A stretch of 64,000 bases of DNA from an uncultured Actinomycetes bacterium (lineage in GTDB: Bacteria > Actinomycetota > UBA4738 > HRBIN12), in NCBI GenBank assembly GCA_963796725.1, contig CAWCMT010000001.1, positions 161,405-225,404 of the forward strand, given 5' to 3'. The position numbers and the translations under genes were made by a program. Below the pieces are notes generated by a model that worked only from the letters and a program-made list of their open reading frames with translations, had not been told where the DNA came from and made no database searches. This document shows, in pieces, positions 42,801 through 53,328 of this stretch (its first letter is position 1; each line of letters starts with the position of its first letter).

Positions 42801-43199
42801 ATGGGGTCCGCAACCGTGCTCTACGACGAGGACTGCGGGTTCTGTCGTTGGTCCATCACGAGTATCCGAGCGGCCGCCGGACCAGGATCGCTCGCCTATG
42901 TGCCGATCCGGGGTGAAGAAGGCGACAGGCTCCTCGCGGCCGTCCCGCGCGGACGTCGTCTGGCATCCTGGCACCTCGCCACCGCCGACGGCCGTATCTG
43001 GTCCGCCGGCGCGGCCGTTCCGGCCCTGCTCCGGCAGACCGGGTGGGGTGGCCTGATCGCCCCCGTATTCGAAGCGTTCCCACAAGCCACCGAGCGCGCG
43101 TACGGCTGGGTCGCCCGCCACCGGGCACAACTCGGCGCGCTCCTCGGGGAGCGGGCGTGCGCGGTCGAGATCCATGCCACTCCGGCTAGGGACGACTGA
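42801..43199 (+). CDS. DCC1-like thiol-disulfide oxidoreductase family protein (DUF393).
   Basis: LYDEDCGFCRWS motif. Confidence 0.5.
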   Translation: MGSATVLYDEDCGFCRWSITSIRAAAGPGSLAYVPIRGEEGDRLLAAVPRGRRLASWHLATADGRIWSAGAAVPALLRQTGWGGLIAPVFEAFPQATERAYGWVARHRAQLGALLGERACAVEIHATPARDD

Positions 43200-43211
43200 G
43201 GGATCTCCTGG

Positions 43212-43898
43212 ATGCACGCCGACACCAGCGACGTCGTGGGCGAGCTGCGAGCGGCCGCCGACACCTCCCGATTGCCGGGCATGGCGCGCGTCGGGATCAT
43301 CACCGAGCACGCGCTCGGCGTGAGCATCCCGGAGTGCCGACGCATCGCCCGCGCCCATCGACGACGCCACCCCCTGGCGCTGGACCTATGGACGACCGGG
43401 ATCCACGAAGCGCGGATCCTGGCCTCGATGGTAGATGACCCCAGCGAGGTCACGCCGGATCAGATGGAGGCTTGGGTCGCCGACTTCGACTCGTGGGATG
43501 TCTGTGACCAGGTGTGCAGCAACCTGTTCGGCGCGACGCCGTTCGCGTACGACATGGCTCGGTCGTGGGTGCTCCGTGAGGAGGAGTTCGTGAAGCGGGC
43601 TGGATTCACGCTGATCGCGGAGCGCGCCGTCCACGACCGGGACCCGGACGACGCGTTCTGGCGTTCTTGGTTCCCGGTGATCCGCGCCGGCGCCACCGAC
43701 GATCGCAACTACGTCAAGAAGGCGGTGAACTGGGCGCTCCGCCAGATCGGCAAACGGAACCGCGCCCTGAACGCCGCGGCGATCGAGGAGGCTGAGGCGC
43801 TGCTCGCACTCGACGACCGCGCCGCGCGCTGGATCGCCCGGGACGCGCTCCGCGAGCTCCACAGCGACGCCGTCCAGGCGCGCCTGTCCAGCGACTGA
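43212..43898 (+). CDS. DNA alkylation repair enzyme (AlkD-like HEAT-repeat protein).
   Basis: The 228 aa product has a pattern typical of this family (WDVCDQ, NWALRQIGKRN). Confidence 0.6.
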   Translation: MHADTSDVVGELRAAADTSRLPGMARVGIITEHALGVSIPECRRIARAHRRRHPLALDLWTTGIHEARILASMVDDPSEVTPDQMEAWVADFDSWDVCDQVCSNLFGATPFAYDMARSWVLREEEFVKRAGFTLIAERAVHDRDPDDAFWRSWFPVIRAGATDDRNYVKKAVNWALRQIGKRNRALNAAAIEEAEALLALDDRAARWIARDALRELHSDAVQARLSSD

Positions 43899-43910
43899 GC
43901 CGGATACGCG

Positions 43911-43942
43911 GGAAGGAGGAGGCACGGGCTCCCCCTCCTTCC
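43911..43942. terminator. GC hairpin (GGAAGGAGG ... CCTCCTTCC) between convergent genes; likely a terminator.
   Basis: A perfect 9-bp inverted repeat with a 14-nt spacer. Confidence 0.45.
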
Positions 43943-43964
43943 ACGGTGCGAACGCTCGGACCGG

Positions 43965-46346
43965 CTACTCCTTCGCGCCCTCGCCCGCCTCCACCAGCTC
44001 GGCGGGCGAGTCCGGCACCTGGACCGACACCTCGGAGTCGTGACCCTCGACGTCGACCTTGGGCAGCCATCCGAGCCAACGCGGCAGGTACCAGTTGCGG
44101 TCGCCGAGGAGCCGCATCGTCGACGGAACCAGGATCGAACGGACGATCGTGGCATCCAGGAACACCGCCACCGCCAGGCCGAAGCCCATCTGCTCGAGCG
44201 ACGTCAGCCGACCCGCCGCGAACCCGGCGAAGACCGCCACCATGATGATGGCCGCACCGGTGATGATGCCTCCGGTGGTCCTCAGGCCGTAGGCGACCGC
44301 CTCCGCGTTGTCGTGGGTCTTGTCGTACTCCTCTCGGATCCGCGTCAGCAGGAAGACGTGGTAGTCCATCGACAGGCCGAACAGGATCGAGAAGAGGAAC
44401 AACGGGAGCCACGCCTCGATCGCGTCCACCTGCTGGAACCCGAACCATCCGGCGATCGTGGCCCCGATAGCCGGCCCACCCTTCTGGAAGACCAGCACGA
44501 TGAGTCCGTACGCGGCGCCCACCGACAGCAGGTTCATCACGATGGCTTTGGCGGGCACCACCAGCGATCGGAACACCACCGTCAGCAGGATGAACGACAG
44601 CGCGAGCACCACCAGGATGATCAGGGGTGTGTAGTTCTGCGAGATGTCGAAGAAGTCCTTCACGAACGCGGTGTCGCCACCCACGAGGACCTCTGCATCC
44701 GTCCCCTTGAAGGCCTCCGGGATGTAGGTGTCGCGCAGCTCGGCGATCGTGTTGACGGCGGCCTCCGACTGGGAGTCCGTGGCAGCGCCCGCGAGCGGGA
44801 TATCCACGAGCGCAACCGAGCCGTCCTGCGACACCTGTGGAGGCGAGGGGGTCCCCAGGTTGGGATCGGCGCCGATCGCGGCCTCGAGGTTCTGCATGGC
44901 TGCGTCGTACGGTGCCGCGAGCGTCCCCGTCGCACCCGGCTGTGCCCCCGGGGTTCCCACCCCGTCGGCCTGGATGACGATGCGGGCGCTCGCTTGCGCA
45001 CCTGCCTTCGGGAAGTCCTGCACGATCAGGTCGTAGGCCTTGCGGCTCTGGGTCGACTCGGGGAGGGTGCTGATGCCCGAGAGGCCGGTCTTGATCCCCC
45101 GCCCGCCGTCGTTGGGGTGGCTCTGCAGCCAGTACGGCATGGAGAGCGCGACCATGAAGGTCCCGGCGAGCACGAGCCACAGGACGGGTCGTGCCATGAC
45201 GGTCCGGGTCGCTCGATCCCAGAAACCACCGGGGCGGCCGTGCTCCACATCACGGTTCCGACCGAAGATCCTTCCGGCGTTGATCTTGTCGCCGAGCAGC
45301 GACAGGATCGCCGGCAGCAGCGTCATCGATGCGGCCACGGAGACCAGCACCACGATCATGGCGCCGCCGGCCAGGCTGCGGAAGATCGTCGTCGGCACCA
45401 GCAGCATCCCTGCCAGCGCGAGGACGACGGTCAACCCGCTGAAGAACACGGCCCGGTTCGCCGTGGCCCCCGACGACGCGATCGCGTCGAGCTTCTCGCG
45501 CCCACGCTGCCGTTCCTCCCGGTACCGCGAGACGATGAACAGCGAGTAGTCGATACCGACGGCCAACCCCATCATCGAGATCAGGTTGGGGGTGAAGAAA
45601 CTGAAGTCCCACACGAGGCCGAACAGGCCCACGATGCCGAGGGTCACCGCGATCGCGAAGATCCCCATCACGATCGGCGTGACGCCCGCGACGAGCGAGC
45701 CGAAGACCACGACCAGCACGACGATCGCCGCGATGATGCCGATCGTCTCGCCGAACCGAAGGTCGCTCTCGGATATCCGCTTGAAGTCCTCGGACGAGGA
45801 GACCTGGCCGAGCATGTAGACGTCGATGCCCCCGCCGGAGGCTCCCTCGCGAACGGCGTTGACCGCCTCGAAGTGCTTGGTTGCCTGGTCCACGTCGCCG
45901 GTGTAGATCACGGTGAACAGCACCGCCTTGCCGTCCTTCGACGGGATCGGCCCCAGCGCAGCGACCTGCGGGTTCGATGCGGCGTCGGACGGCAGCGGAT
46001 AGGCGGCCGGCACGGTCTGTACCACGCCGGGCCCGAGCGCTTCGAGGCTGCCGAGCAGGTCGTTGACGCGCTGCGTGAAGGCCGGGTCCTGCGCCACGCC
46101 GGGCTGCGAGCCCGCGACCACGAAGGTCTCGGTGACGATGTCCTGCGCGAGCGCTTGTTCCTCGAGGATCTGCTTGGCGCGCTTGGCCTCTGGCGTGTTG
46201 GTGAAGTCGAAGCTGGTGGTGAGCGCTGGGCCAAGCAAGGTCGACAAGCTGATGATCCCGGCTACGAGGATCAGCATCCAGACGCCCACGGTTCGCCAGG
46301 GATGGCGGCTGCTGGCGCGGGCGATCGTTTCGGGATTGAGCTTCAT
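43965..46346 (-). CDS. MMPL-family (RND superfamily) membrane transporter.
   Basis: The protein is about 794 aa starting MKLNPETIARASSRHPWRTVGVWM. It has two 6-TM bundles and two periplasmic domains. Confidence 0.75.
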   Translation of the reverse strand: MKLNPETIARASSRHPWRTVGVWMLILVAGIISLSTLLGPALTTSFDFTNTPEAKRAKQILEEQALAQDIVTETFVVAGSQPGVAQDPAFTQRVNDLLGSLEALGPGVVQTVPAAYPLPSDAASNPQVAALGPIPSKDGKAVLFTVIYTGDVDQATKHFEAVNAVREGASGGGIDVYMLGQVSSSEDFKRISESDLRFGETIGIIAAIVVLVVVFGSLVAGVTPIVMGIFAIAVTLGIVGLFGLVWDFSFFTPNLISMMGLAVGIDYSLFIVSRYREERQRGREKLDAIASSGATANRAVFFSGLTVVLALAGMLLVPTTIFRSLAGGAMIVVLVSVAASMTLLPAILSLLGDKINAGRIFGRNRDVEHGRPGGFWDRATRTVMARPVLWLVLAGTFMVALSMPYWLQSHPNDGGRGIKTGLSGISTLPESTQSRKAYDLIVQDFPKAGAQASARIVIQADGVGTPGAQPGATGTLAAPYDAAMQNLEAAIGADPNLGTPSPPQVSQDGSVALVDIPLAGAATDSQSEAAVNTIAELRDTYIPEAFKGTDAEVLVGGDTAFVKDFFDISQNYTPLIILVVLALSFILLTVVFRSLVVPAKAIVMNLLSVGAAYGLIVLVFQKGGPAIGATIAGWFGFQQVDAIEAWLPLFLFSILFGLSMDYHVFLLTRIREEYDKTHDNAEAVAYGLRTTGGIITGAAIIMVAVFAGFAAGRLTSLEQMGFGLAVAVFLDATIVRSILVPSTMRLLGDRNWYLPRWLGWLPKVDVEGHDSEVSVQVPDSPAELVEAGEGAKE

Positions 46347-46403
46347 CCCGTGGTTCCCCCCTTCTCGGCCGGCCACGGCCGGCGTCGGAACGATGTGCTG
46401 CCT

Positions 46404-46458
46404 GTGACGTACGGTGTATGCTTACGGCGTATGCGAGACCCTATACGTACAACGTAAG
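46404..46458. promoter_or_regulatory. Candidate TetR operator / divergent promoter region. It holds an imperfect palindrome (CTTACGGCGTATGC - gagaccc - TATACGTACAACGTAAG) plus a direct repeat (TACGGyGTATGC) in a locally AT-rich intergenic region.
   Basis: Read directly from the sequence; it lies between the divergent MMPL and TetR genes. Confidence 0.45.
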
Positions 46459-46500
46459 GGTCGTCAACCGGAGCGGGCGCGCACTCCTCGAGGAGCGGGT

Positions 46501-47173
46501 ATGGCAGCGAAGACGTCGGCGGTCCAGCGTGAGCGGCTCACGCGTGAACGCGTGGTCGACGCCGCGCTCCGGATCATGGACACGGATGGACTCGAAGCCG
46601 TCACGATGCGCCGGGTCGCTCGTGAGGTCGGCGTGGAGGCCATGTCGCTGTACAACCATGTCGAGGACAAGGACGACCTCATGCGAGGGCGTGCTGCTGC
46701 GGGTCTTCCAGGAGTTCGGCCAGCCTCCCTTGGAGCCCGACGATCCCCTCGGCAACGTGCGGCGCGTGGCACGAGCCTGGCGCGACCTCCTGCGACGCCA
46801 CCCCTACATGCTCGAGCTGCTGGCCGAGGGCCACGGCCCGCCGTCCTCGCCGGATGCGTTGCGGCCGATGGAAACCGCGCTCGACGTGCTCGGTGACATG
46901 GGGGTCCCCGGACACGAGGTCGTCGAGGTGTTCCACGTCTTCGGTGGCTACATCCAGGGCGTCGTGATGATGGAGCAGCAGATGGGGTTCGAGAAGCCCG
47001 GCGCCATGGCGGACCTCACCGGACGGATCGACCCTGCGGAGCTGCCGTGCGTGACCGCCGCCCTGCCGTACATGGCCGAATGCGACATCGATAGGCAGTT
47101 CGAGCTCGGTCTCGATCTCATGATCCACGGGATGCGCGCCCGGTACGGGGACCACGCGCCCGGCGAGAGCTGA
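46501..47173 (+). pseudogene. TetR-family transcriptional regulator, with one frameshift near 46685.
   Basis: An HTH (VTMRRVAREVGVEAMSLYNHV) is followed in another frame by a ligand-binding domain. Confidence 0.7.
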
Positions 47174-47174
47174 C

Positions 47175-48363
47175 TCAGACCAGCCCGAGCTCCGTACCGA
47201 CCCGACCGAAGATCGCCAGCGCCTCGTCCAGATCGTCCTCGGTATGGTCCGCCGTCACGATGGTCCGAACTCGCGCGAGCCCCTTGCCCACGGTCGGGAA
47301 GACGATCGCAGGACAGAACACCCCAGCTTCGAAGAGTCGGCGGGCGAAGTCCTGCGTGCGCACCTCCTCGCCTGTGATGACCGGCGTGATCGGCGTCTCG
47401 GAATCCCCCGTGGCGAACCCCAGGGAATGCAGCCCCTCCTTGAAGCGTGCGGTGTTCGACCAGAGACGCTCGAGCCGTTCGGGCTCGTCGCGGATGATGG
47501 CGAGGGCCTCGATACAGGCGGCCACCACCGCCGGTGGCGCGCTGGTCGAGAATAGATAGGGCCGCCCACGATTCTGGAGCCATCGGGTCAGGTGAACGGG
47601 CCCGGCGATGAACCCCCCGAGCACGCCGATCGCCTTCGACAGGGTGCCGACCTGGATATCGACGCGACCCTGGAGGCCGAAATGGTCGACCGTGCCAGCG
47701 CCGCCGCGTCCCAGCACACCCGCTCGCGTGGGCGTCGTCCACCATCATGATCGCCCCACGACGTTCGGCCACCTCCACCAGATCGGGCAGAGGGGCGATA
47801 TCGCCGTCCATCGAGAAGACGCCGTCGGTGATCAGAAGCTGACGCCTGCCGGGGGCGGCCGACTCCACGAGCAGGCGGTCGGCATGCTCCGCGTCCCTGT
47901 GCTCGTACACCTTGATCTCCGCGCGGCTCAAGCGCGCGCCATCGATGATCGAGGCGTGGTTCAACCGATCCGAGACGATCACGTCCTCCTTCGACAGGAT
48001 CGCGGCGACGGTGCCGGCGTTCGCGGTGAAGCCGGACTGGAACATCAGGGCCGAGTCGGCGTGCTTGAACGCGGCGAAGCGTTCCTCGAGCTCGCGATGC
48101 AACGTCATCTGGCCGGCGATCGTGCGGACCGCTCCGCTGCCGGCACCGTAGGCGAGCGCGGCGTCGGCGGCCGCACGGTTCATCCGTGGATGACTCGCCA
48201 GCCCCAGGTAGTTGTTCGAGGCGAGATTGATCACATCTCTGCCGTCGAAACGGGCGCGGGCACCCGTCTTGCCCTCTAACGTCCTTGGGTGGAGCAGGAG
48301 CCCGTCGCGCTCCAGTCCCTCCAGCTCGTCTCTCAGATAGTCGAGTGCGCCGCCCATCGCCAT
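47175..48363 (-). pseudogene. kbl: 2-amino-3-ketobutyrate CoA ligase (glycine C-acetyltransferase; Kbl/BioF family), with one frameshift near 47720.
   Basis: A PLP-dependent pattern (...LTITDGVFSMDGDIAPL...VDDAHASG, then GTLSKA) split across two frames. Confidence 0.7.
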
Positions 48364-48411
48364 CTCTCCCGCATCCGCGTCCCGGCCGAACCCTATCGCG
48401 CGGCGGGTAGG

Positions 48412-48915
48412 ATGCCCGTCGTGAAGGTCCGAGCGTTCCTCTCCGACGCCGTGCAGACCGTCGACGGCAAGCTCTACATCCTGGGAGCGGGCTGGAACCG
48501 GCTGGCGGCGGGGGGCTTCCCGGCCCGGCACGATCGGCTCGGCGTCGCCCTCCACCTCACCGTTGGGCCGGGAGACGATGGCGAGCACAACGTCGAGGTG
48601 ACCATCGTCGGTCCGAACGAGACGCTCCTCCCGCTCTTCACCGACGCCAACGGCGCCGAGCAGGTCTCGATCCACGCCTCGTTCCAGGCGCAGTCCCCCG
48701 AAGACGGCTTCGGCGAGGTAGCCGTGCCTATGGCGCTCAACCTGGATGGTCTGGCGTTCCCGGGCCCGGGCACCTATGCCGTCTCGGTCCGGGTCGACGG
48801 CGCCGAGGCCGAGCGGCTCTCGTTCCGCGTGGACCCGGCCGGGGAAGAGGGCGCCGGGGCGGGTGCGATACCTGGGACCAGCGGGGGACGCGGCGCAGAG
48901 GCCGGCTACCTCTAG
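48412..48915 (+). CDS. Hypothetical protein.
   Basis: A 167 aa ORF starting MPVVKVRAFLSD, divergent from kbl. Confidence 0.35.
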   Translation: MPVVKVRAFLSDAVQTVDGKLYILGAGWNRLAAGGFPARHDRLGVALHLTVGPGDDGEHNVEVTIVGPNETLLPLFTDANGAEQVSIHASFQAQSPEDGFGEVAVPMALNLDGLAFPGPGTYAVSVRVDGAEAERLSFRVDPAGEEGAGAGAIPGTSGGRGAEAGYL

Positions 48916-48917
48916 CG

Positions 48918-49976
48918 TCAGCCGTCAGAGGCAGACGGCAGCAGGATCACTTTCCCGGACCGCCCCGACGCCGTCGTCGCGAACGCCTCGTCGAACCGCT
49001 CGAGCGGGAACCGGTGCGTGATCACGGGCCTGACGTCGACCCGGCCGGTCGACAGCAGCGTGGTGGTCTGCTGCCAGGTACGGAACATCTCTCGACCGGT
49101 GATCCCGAGGAGACGCGCTTCCTTGAAGATGACCTGATCGTTCAGATCGAGCGTGACGGGTCCGTCGGGGAGCCCCAGCAGCGACATCCTGCCGCCCCGA
49201 GCGAGCAGCCGGGTCCCTTGGTCGATCGCGCGGGCGTTCCCGCTCATCTCCAGCACCACCTCGGCGCCGACACCCTTCGTCAGCTCCAGCACGGCGGCAA
49301 CCGGATCGACGTCAGTGGGATCCAGCAGTACGTCCGCGCCCATCTCGCCGGCCTTCTGCCTTCGATAGGCGTTCGGCTCGACCGCGATCACCTTCCAGGC
49401 GCCCAGCGATCTGGCGATCGCGACCGCGAACATGCCGATCGGACCGCAGCCGATCACCGCGACCGCGTTCGTCGCGATGTCCTCACCTCCACCGGTCCCG
49501 AAGGCCGCGTGCACCGCGTTCCCGAACGGCTCCATGATCGACGCCGCATCGGGATCGATGCCCTCGCCCACCACCCAGGCATTCTGAGCGGGTAGCACCA
49601 CGTACTCGGCGAAGGCCCCTTCGATGTCCACGCCGAGGATGCGCAGGTTCTGACAGATGTGCGCCCGGCCCGTCTGACAGGTAGCGCAGTGCCCGCACGC
49701 AACGTGCGTCTCGGCCGCGACGAACGCCCCCGGGCGCAGGTGGTGTACCTCGTCGCCGACGGCCTCGACCGTACCGGCGACCTCGTGGCCGAACGTCATC
49801 GGCACCTGCGGGACGCGGCTCTCCGCCCACTCGTTCCAATCGTAGATGTGCAGGTCGGTTCCGCAGATGGACGCGCCGTGGACGCGAACGAGCACCTCGT
49901 CCTCTCGAGGCGCGGGCAGAGGCACCTCCATCAGCTCGGCCCCCGGGGCGCGCTCGGTCTTGCGGAGCGCTCGCAT
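48918..49976 (-). CDS. tdh: L-threonine 3-dehydrogenase (zinc-dependent MDR family).
   Basis: MRALRK..GASICGTDLHIY... and GHEVAGTVEAVG zinc-ligand motifs, with a Rossmann motif (VIGCGPIG). Confidence 0.75.
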   Translation of the reverse strand: MRALRKTERAPGAELMEVPLPAPREDEVLVRVHGASICGTDLHIYDWNEWAESRVPQVPMTFGHEVAGTVEAVGDEVHHLRPGAFVAAETHVACGHCATCQTGRAHICQNLRILGVDIEGAFAEYVVLPAQNAWVVGEGIDPDAASIMEPFGNAVHAAFGTGGGEDIATNAVAVIGCGPIGMFAVAIARSLGAWKVIAVEPNAYRRQKAGEMGADVLLDPTDVDPVAAVLELTKGVGAEVVLEMSGNARAIDQGTRLLARGGRMSLLGLPDGPVTLDLNDQVIFKEARLLGITGREMFRTWQQTTTLLSTGRVDVRPVITHRFPLERFDEAFATTASGRSGKVILLPSASDG

Positions 49977-50081
49977 GGTCTTCGGCACGACCGAAGCGTA
50001 CCCGTCCGTGGGAACCACAACGGCCACCCAGGACGTCGGAACCCAGATCGCATCGACCCTGTCGTCGAAAGAAGGACCATG

Positions 50082-50963
50082 ATGAGGAGCCGCACGATCG
50101 CCACCGCCACGATCCTGGGTCTCATGCTCGGCGCGTGCGCCAACGCCACCTCGGGGTCAGGAGGTGCGTCACCTTCGGACATCGCTCACCCCACGGCGCC
50201 CGAGCGGGCGGTGCTGATCGTCGGCTACGAGGGCGGGTTCGTGGCACCGCAGGTCACACAGACGAGGATCCCGCAGTTCGCGCTGTACGGGGATGGCACG
50301 CTCATCACCCTCGGCGCACAGACCGAGATCTACCCCCAGCAGGCCCTGCCGCCCGTCCTATCGCAGTCGGTGAACGAGGCCGGCATCCAGGCGATCCTGC
50401 GGGCCGCGATCGACGCCGGCCTCACCGAGGTGAAGGACATGACCGACATGGGCTCCGTCGGTATCGCGGATGCCCCAACGACCGTGTTCCAGCTCGATGC
50501 GGCCGGTGTGCAACGGACGGTCGGTGTCTACGCGCTCGGCGAGCTGCCAGGCCAGCGGCCGCCCGGTATGAGCCAGGACGAGTACGACGCGCGTCGGCGT
50601 CTGCAACGCTTCGTCGTGCGGTTGGGCGCGCTGGACCGTCTCCTTCCCGCGGGTTCGGCCTCCGCGCCCGGGCCCTACGAGGCCCAGGGCGCTCGACTCT
50701 TCGTTAGCAGCTACCAGGGCGACCCCTCGATCGAGGAACCGCCGGTCGCCTGGCCGGTGGCGTCGCAGCCGCTCGACTCGTTCGGCGAACCCGTGAACAC
50801 GGGCATCGCGGGGACCCGCTGCGGGATCGTGGCAGGCAAGGACTGGACCGGGACGCTCGCACCCGTTGCGGCGCAGGCGAACCAGCTCACGCCCTGGACC
50901 GATTCGGGGGTCCGATACGCGATCGCGTTCCGACCCCTGCTGCCGAACGAAACCTCCTGCTGA
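50082..50963 (+). CDS. Secreted lipoprotein of unknown function.
   Basis: It has a lipoprotein signal (MMRSRTIATATILGLMLGAC). Confidence 0.45.
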   Translation: MRSRTIATATILGLMLGACANATSGSGGASPSDIAHPTAPERAVLIVGYEGGFVAPQVTQTRIPQFALYGDGTLITLGAQTEIYPQQALPPVLSQSVNEAGIQAILRAAIDAGLTEVKDMTDMGSVGIADAPTTVFQLDAAGVQRTVGVYALGELPGQRPPGMSQDEYDARRRLQRFVVRLGALDRLLPAGSASAPGPYEAQGARLFVSSYQGDPSIEEPPVAWPVASQPLDSFGEPVNTGIAGTRCGIVAGKDWTGTLAPVAAQANQLTPWTDSGVRYAIAFRPLLPNETSC

Positions 50964-51102
50964 GGCCATCGACACCCCGCGCCGAACGTTCGCCACGACC
51001 TCGGTCGGTTCGGGAGAGCGCAACACCCTGCGCCCCAAGGGGTTCAAGCGGATCGAGGGTGCGACCGATACCTAGCGAGCCTACTCGGAAGCAGGTACGG
51101 AC

Positions 51103-53323
51103 GTGTCGGTTCCCATCGATCGCGGATACGCGGGCACGGCTCCCCTCACAGGGCGGCTGGGCCGCGCGCTCGATCGCGCGGATCCGAGCAACCCTCGCCA
51201 CGGGTCGGACCACTCGGCGCTCGTCGACGCCCTGCCGTTCGTCGTCTACATGGAATCCGTCGACGGCTGGATCCAGGACGCGGGTCCGGGGATCGAGGAC
51301 CTTCTGGGGATCCGGCGCTCCCGCCTCATCGGAGAGCGCTTCGACCGCTCGATCCACCTATTCGAAGGGGACGCGGGACGCGTGCTGGGGGCCCTCGAGC
51401 GCTCGGCCGCTACCGGAGAGCCGTTCCATGAGGAGTACCGGACCCATCATCCCGACGGTCGACTCCGCTGGCTGCGAGAGGATCGCGTCCTGCTGCGCGA
51501 CGACCTCGGCATGCCGACGCGCTGGGTGGGGACCTTGGCCGAGATCACGGACCAGGTCGAGATCCGTCGGGAACTCCATGAGTCCCGCTCCAAGTACGGG
51601 GCGCTGGTCGAACAGATCCCCGCGATCGTCTACGTAGACGTGGCCGACGACCGCATGAGCACGAACTACGTGAGCCCCCAGCTGGAACAGCTGCTCGGCT
51701 TCACGACCCAGGAGTACATCGCGGATCCGGATCTCTGGTCCAAGATGCTCCACCCTGAGGATCGCGCAGCCGCGATCGACGCCTACCTGCGCGGGCGGGC
51801 GTCCGGTCAGCCGTTCGTCTTCGAGTACCGGCTGGTGGCTCGCGACGGGCACGTTCTGTGGTTCCGCGACTCCGCGAACGTGATCACCGACACCGAGGGC
51901 CGACCGTCCCTGATCCAGGGTGTGATGCTCGACATCACCGAGCGCAAGGCGGCCGAGGAACAGATCGCCTACCTCGCGTACCACGACAAGTTGACGGGTC
52001 TGGCCAACCGGGCGATGTTCGACGAGCTGCTCGAGCCGCGCACTGACGCGCGCGAGGCGGGGGGATCGCAGCGTGGCGGTGATCTCCGTGGACCTCGACG
52101 ACTTCAAGCTGATCAACGACTCGCTTGGCCATGAGGCCGGAGACGAGTTGCTGCGTCAGCTGGCCGAGCGTGTCGAGGAGGCGACGCGGGACACCGACCT
52201 CGTGGCGCGCCCCGGAGGCGACGAGTTCCTGATCATGCTCGCCGACCTCGATCGCACGCCGCCGATGTTGGGAGCACAGGACGGGGCCACGATCTCCGCA
52301 GAGGCGGTCGCGATGCGGGTCCAGCAAGCGATGCGCGACCCCTTCGAGGTCGCCGGCACGGAGCTCTACGTGACGGCCAGCATCGGCATCAGCGTCTTCC
52401 CCAACGATGCCGATCGGGGCGCCGGCTCTGCTGAAGAACGCCGACACGGCCATGTTCCGAAGCAAGAAGGCGGGTCCCGGAGGCTACGTCGTCCACGCGA
52501 TCGAGGATGCGGACGCGATGTCCCGCCTCGTCGCTCTCGACGCGGCTACGCAAGGCGGTGGAGCATCGAGCAGTGGATCCTCCACTACCAGCCGTTGATC
52601 GAGCTCGTCGAGCGGACAGATGTTCGGCGTGGAGGCGCTGATCCGGTGGCCGGAGCCCAACGGCGGCCTCGTGCCGCCCGGCGAGTTCATCCCGCTCGCC
52701 GAGGAGATGGGCCTGATCGAAGCGATCGGCGACTGGGTCGTCGAGGAGATCTGCCGCCAGGACGCACAGTGGCGCGCCGAGGGGCTCGAGTTGGAGGTTG
52801 GGTTCAACCTCTCCCCACGACAACTCTGGCAACCGGACCTCGTCGACAAGATCGTGTCGCCGATCGTGATCGCGGGGATCGACCCCACGCGGGTCACGGT
52901 CGAGATCACGGAGTCGACGGCGATGACCGACCCGGATCGGGTCATCGAGGTGATCCAGCGAGCTGCACGACCGCGGGCTGAAGACTCGCCATCGACGACT
53001 TCGGCACCGGCTACTCGTCGCTGGCCCGGCTCAAACACATGCCGGTGGACATCCTGAAGATCGACCGGTCGTTCATGCGGAACGTCGACAAGGACCGCGA
53101 CGCCGCGAGCATGGTCGGTCGCGATGATCTCCCTGGCCGAGAACCTGGGGATGACGGCGCTCGCCGAAGGCATCGAGACCGGGGCGAGTGGAGCTTCCTG
53201 ACCCAACGCGGCTGCCGCCTCGGCCAGGGGTTCTTCTTCTCCCGCCCGTCCCGGCGTCGGAGATCCTCGCGATCCACCGACGACTCGGGTCTCCACGTGG
53301 TCGACGGCGGGGCCGGCGCCTAG
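51103..53323 (+). pseudogene. PAS-PAS-GGDEF-EAL signalling protein (c-di-GMP turnover), with at least 4 frameshifts.
   Basis: Pieces carry PAS regions, a GGDEF domain (RPGGDEFLIML) and an EAL domain (EALIRW..., KIDRSFM). Confidence 0.7.
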
Positions 53324-53328
53324 CGAGC

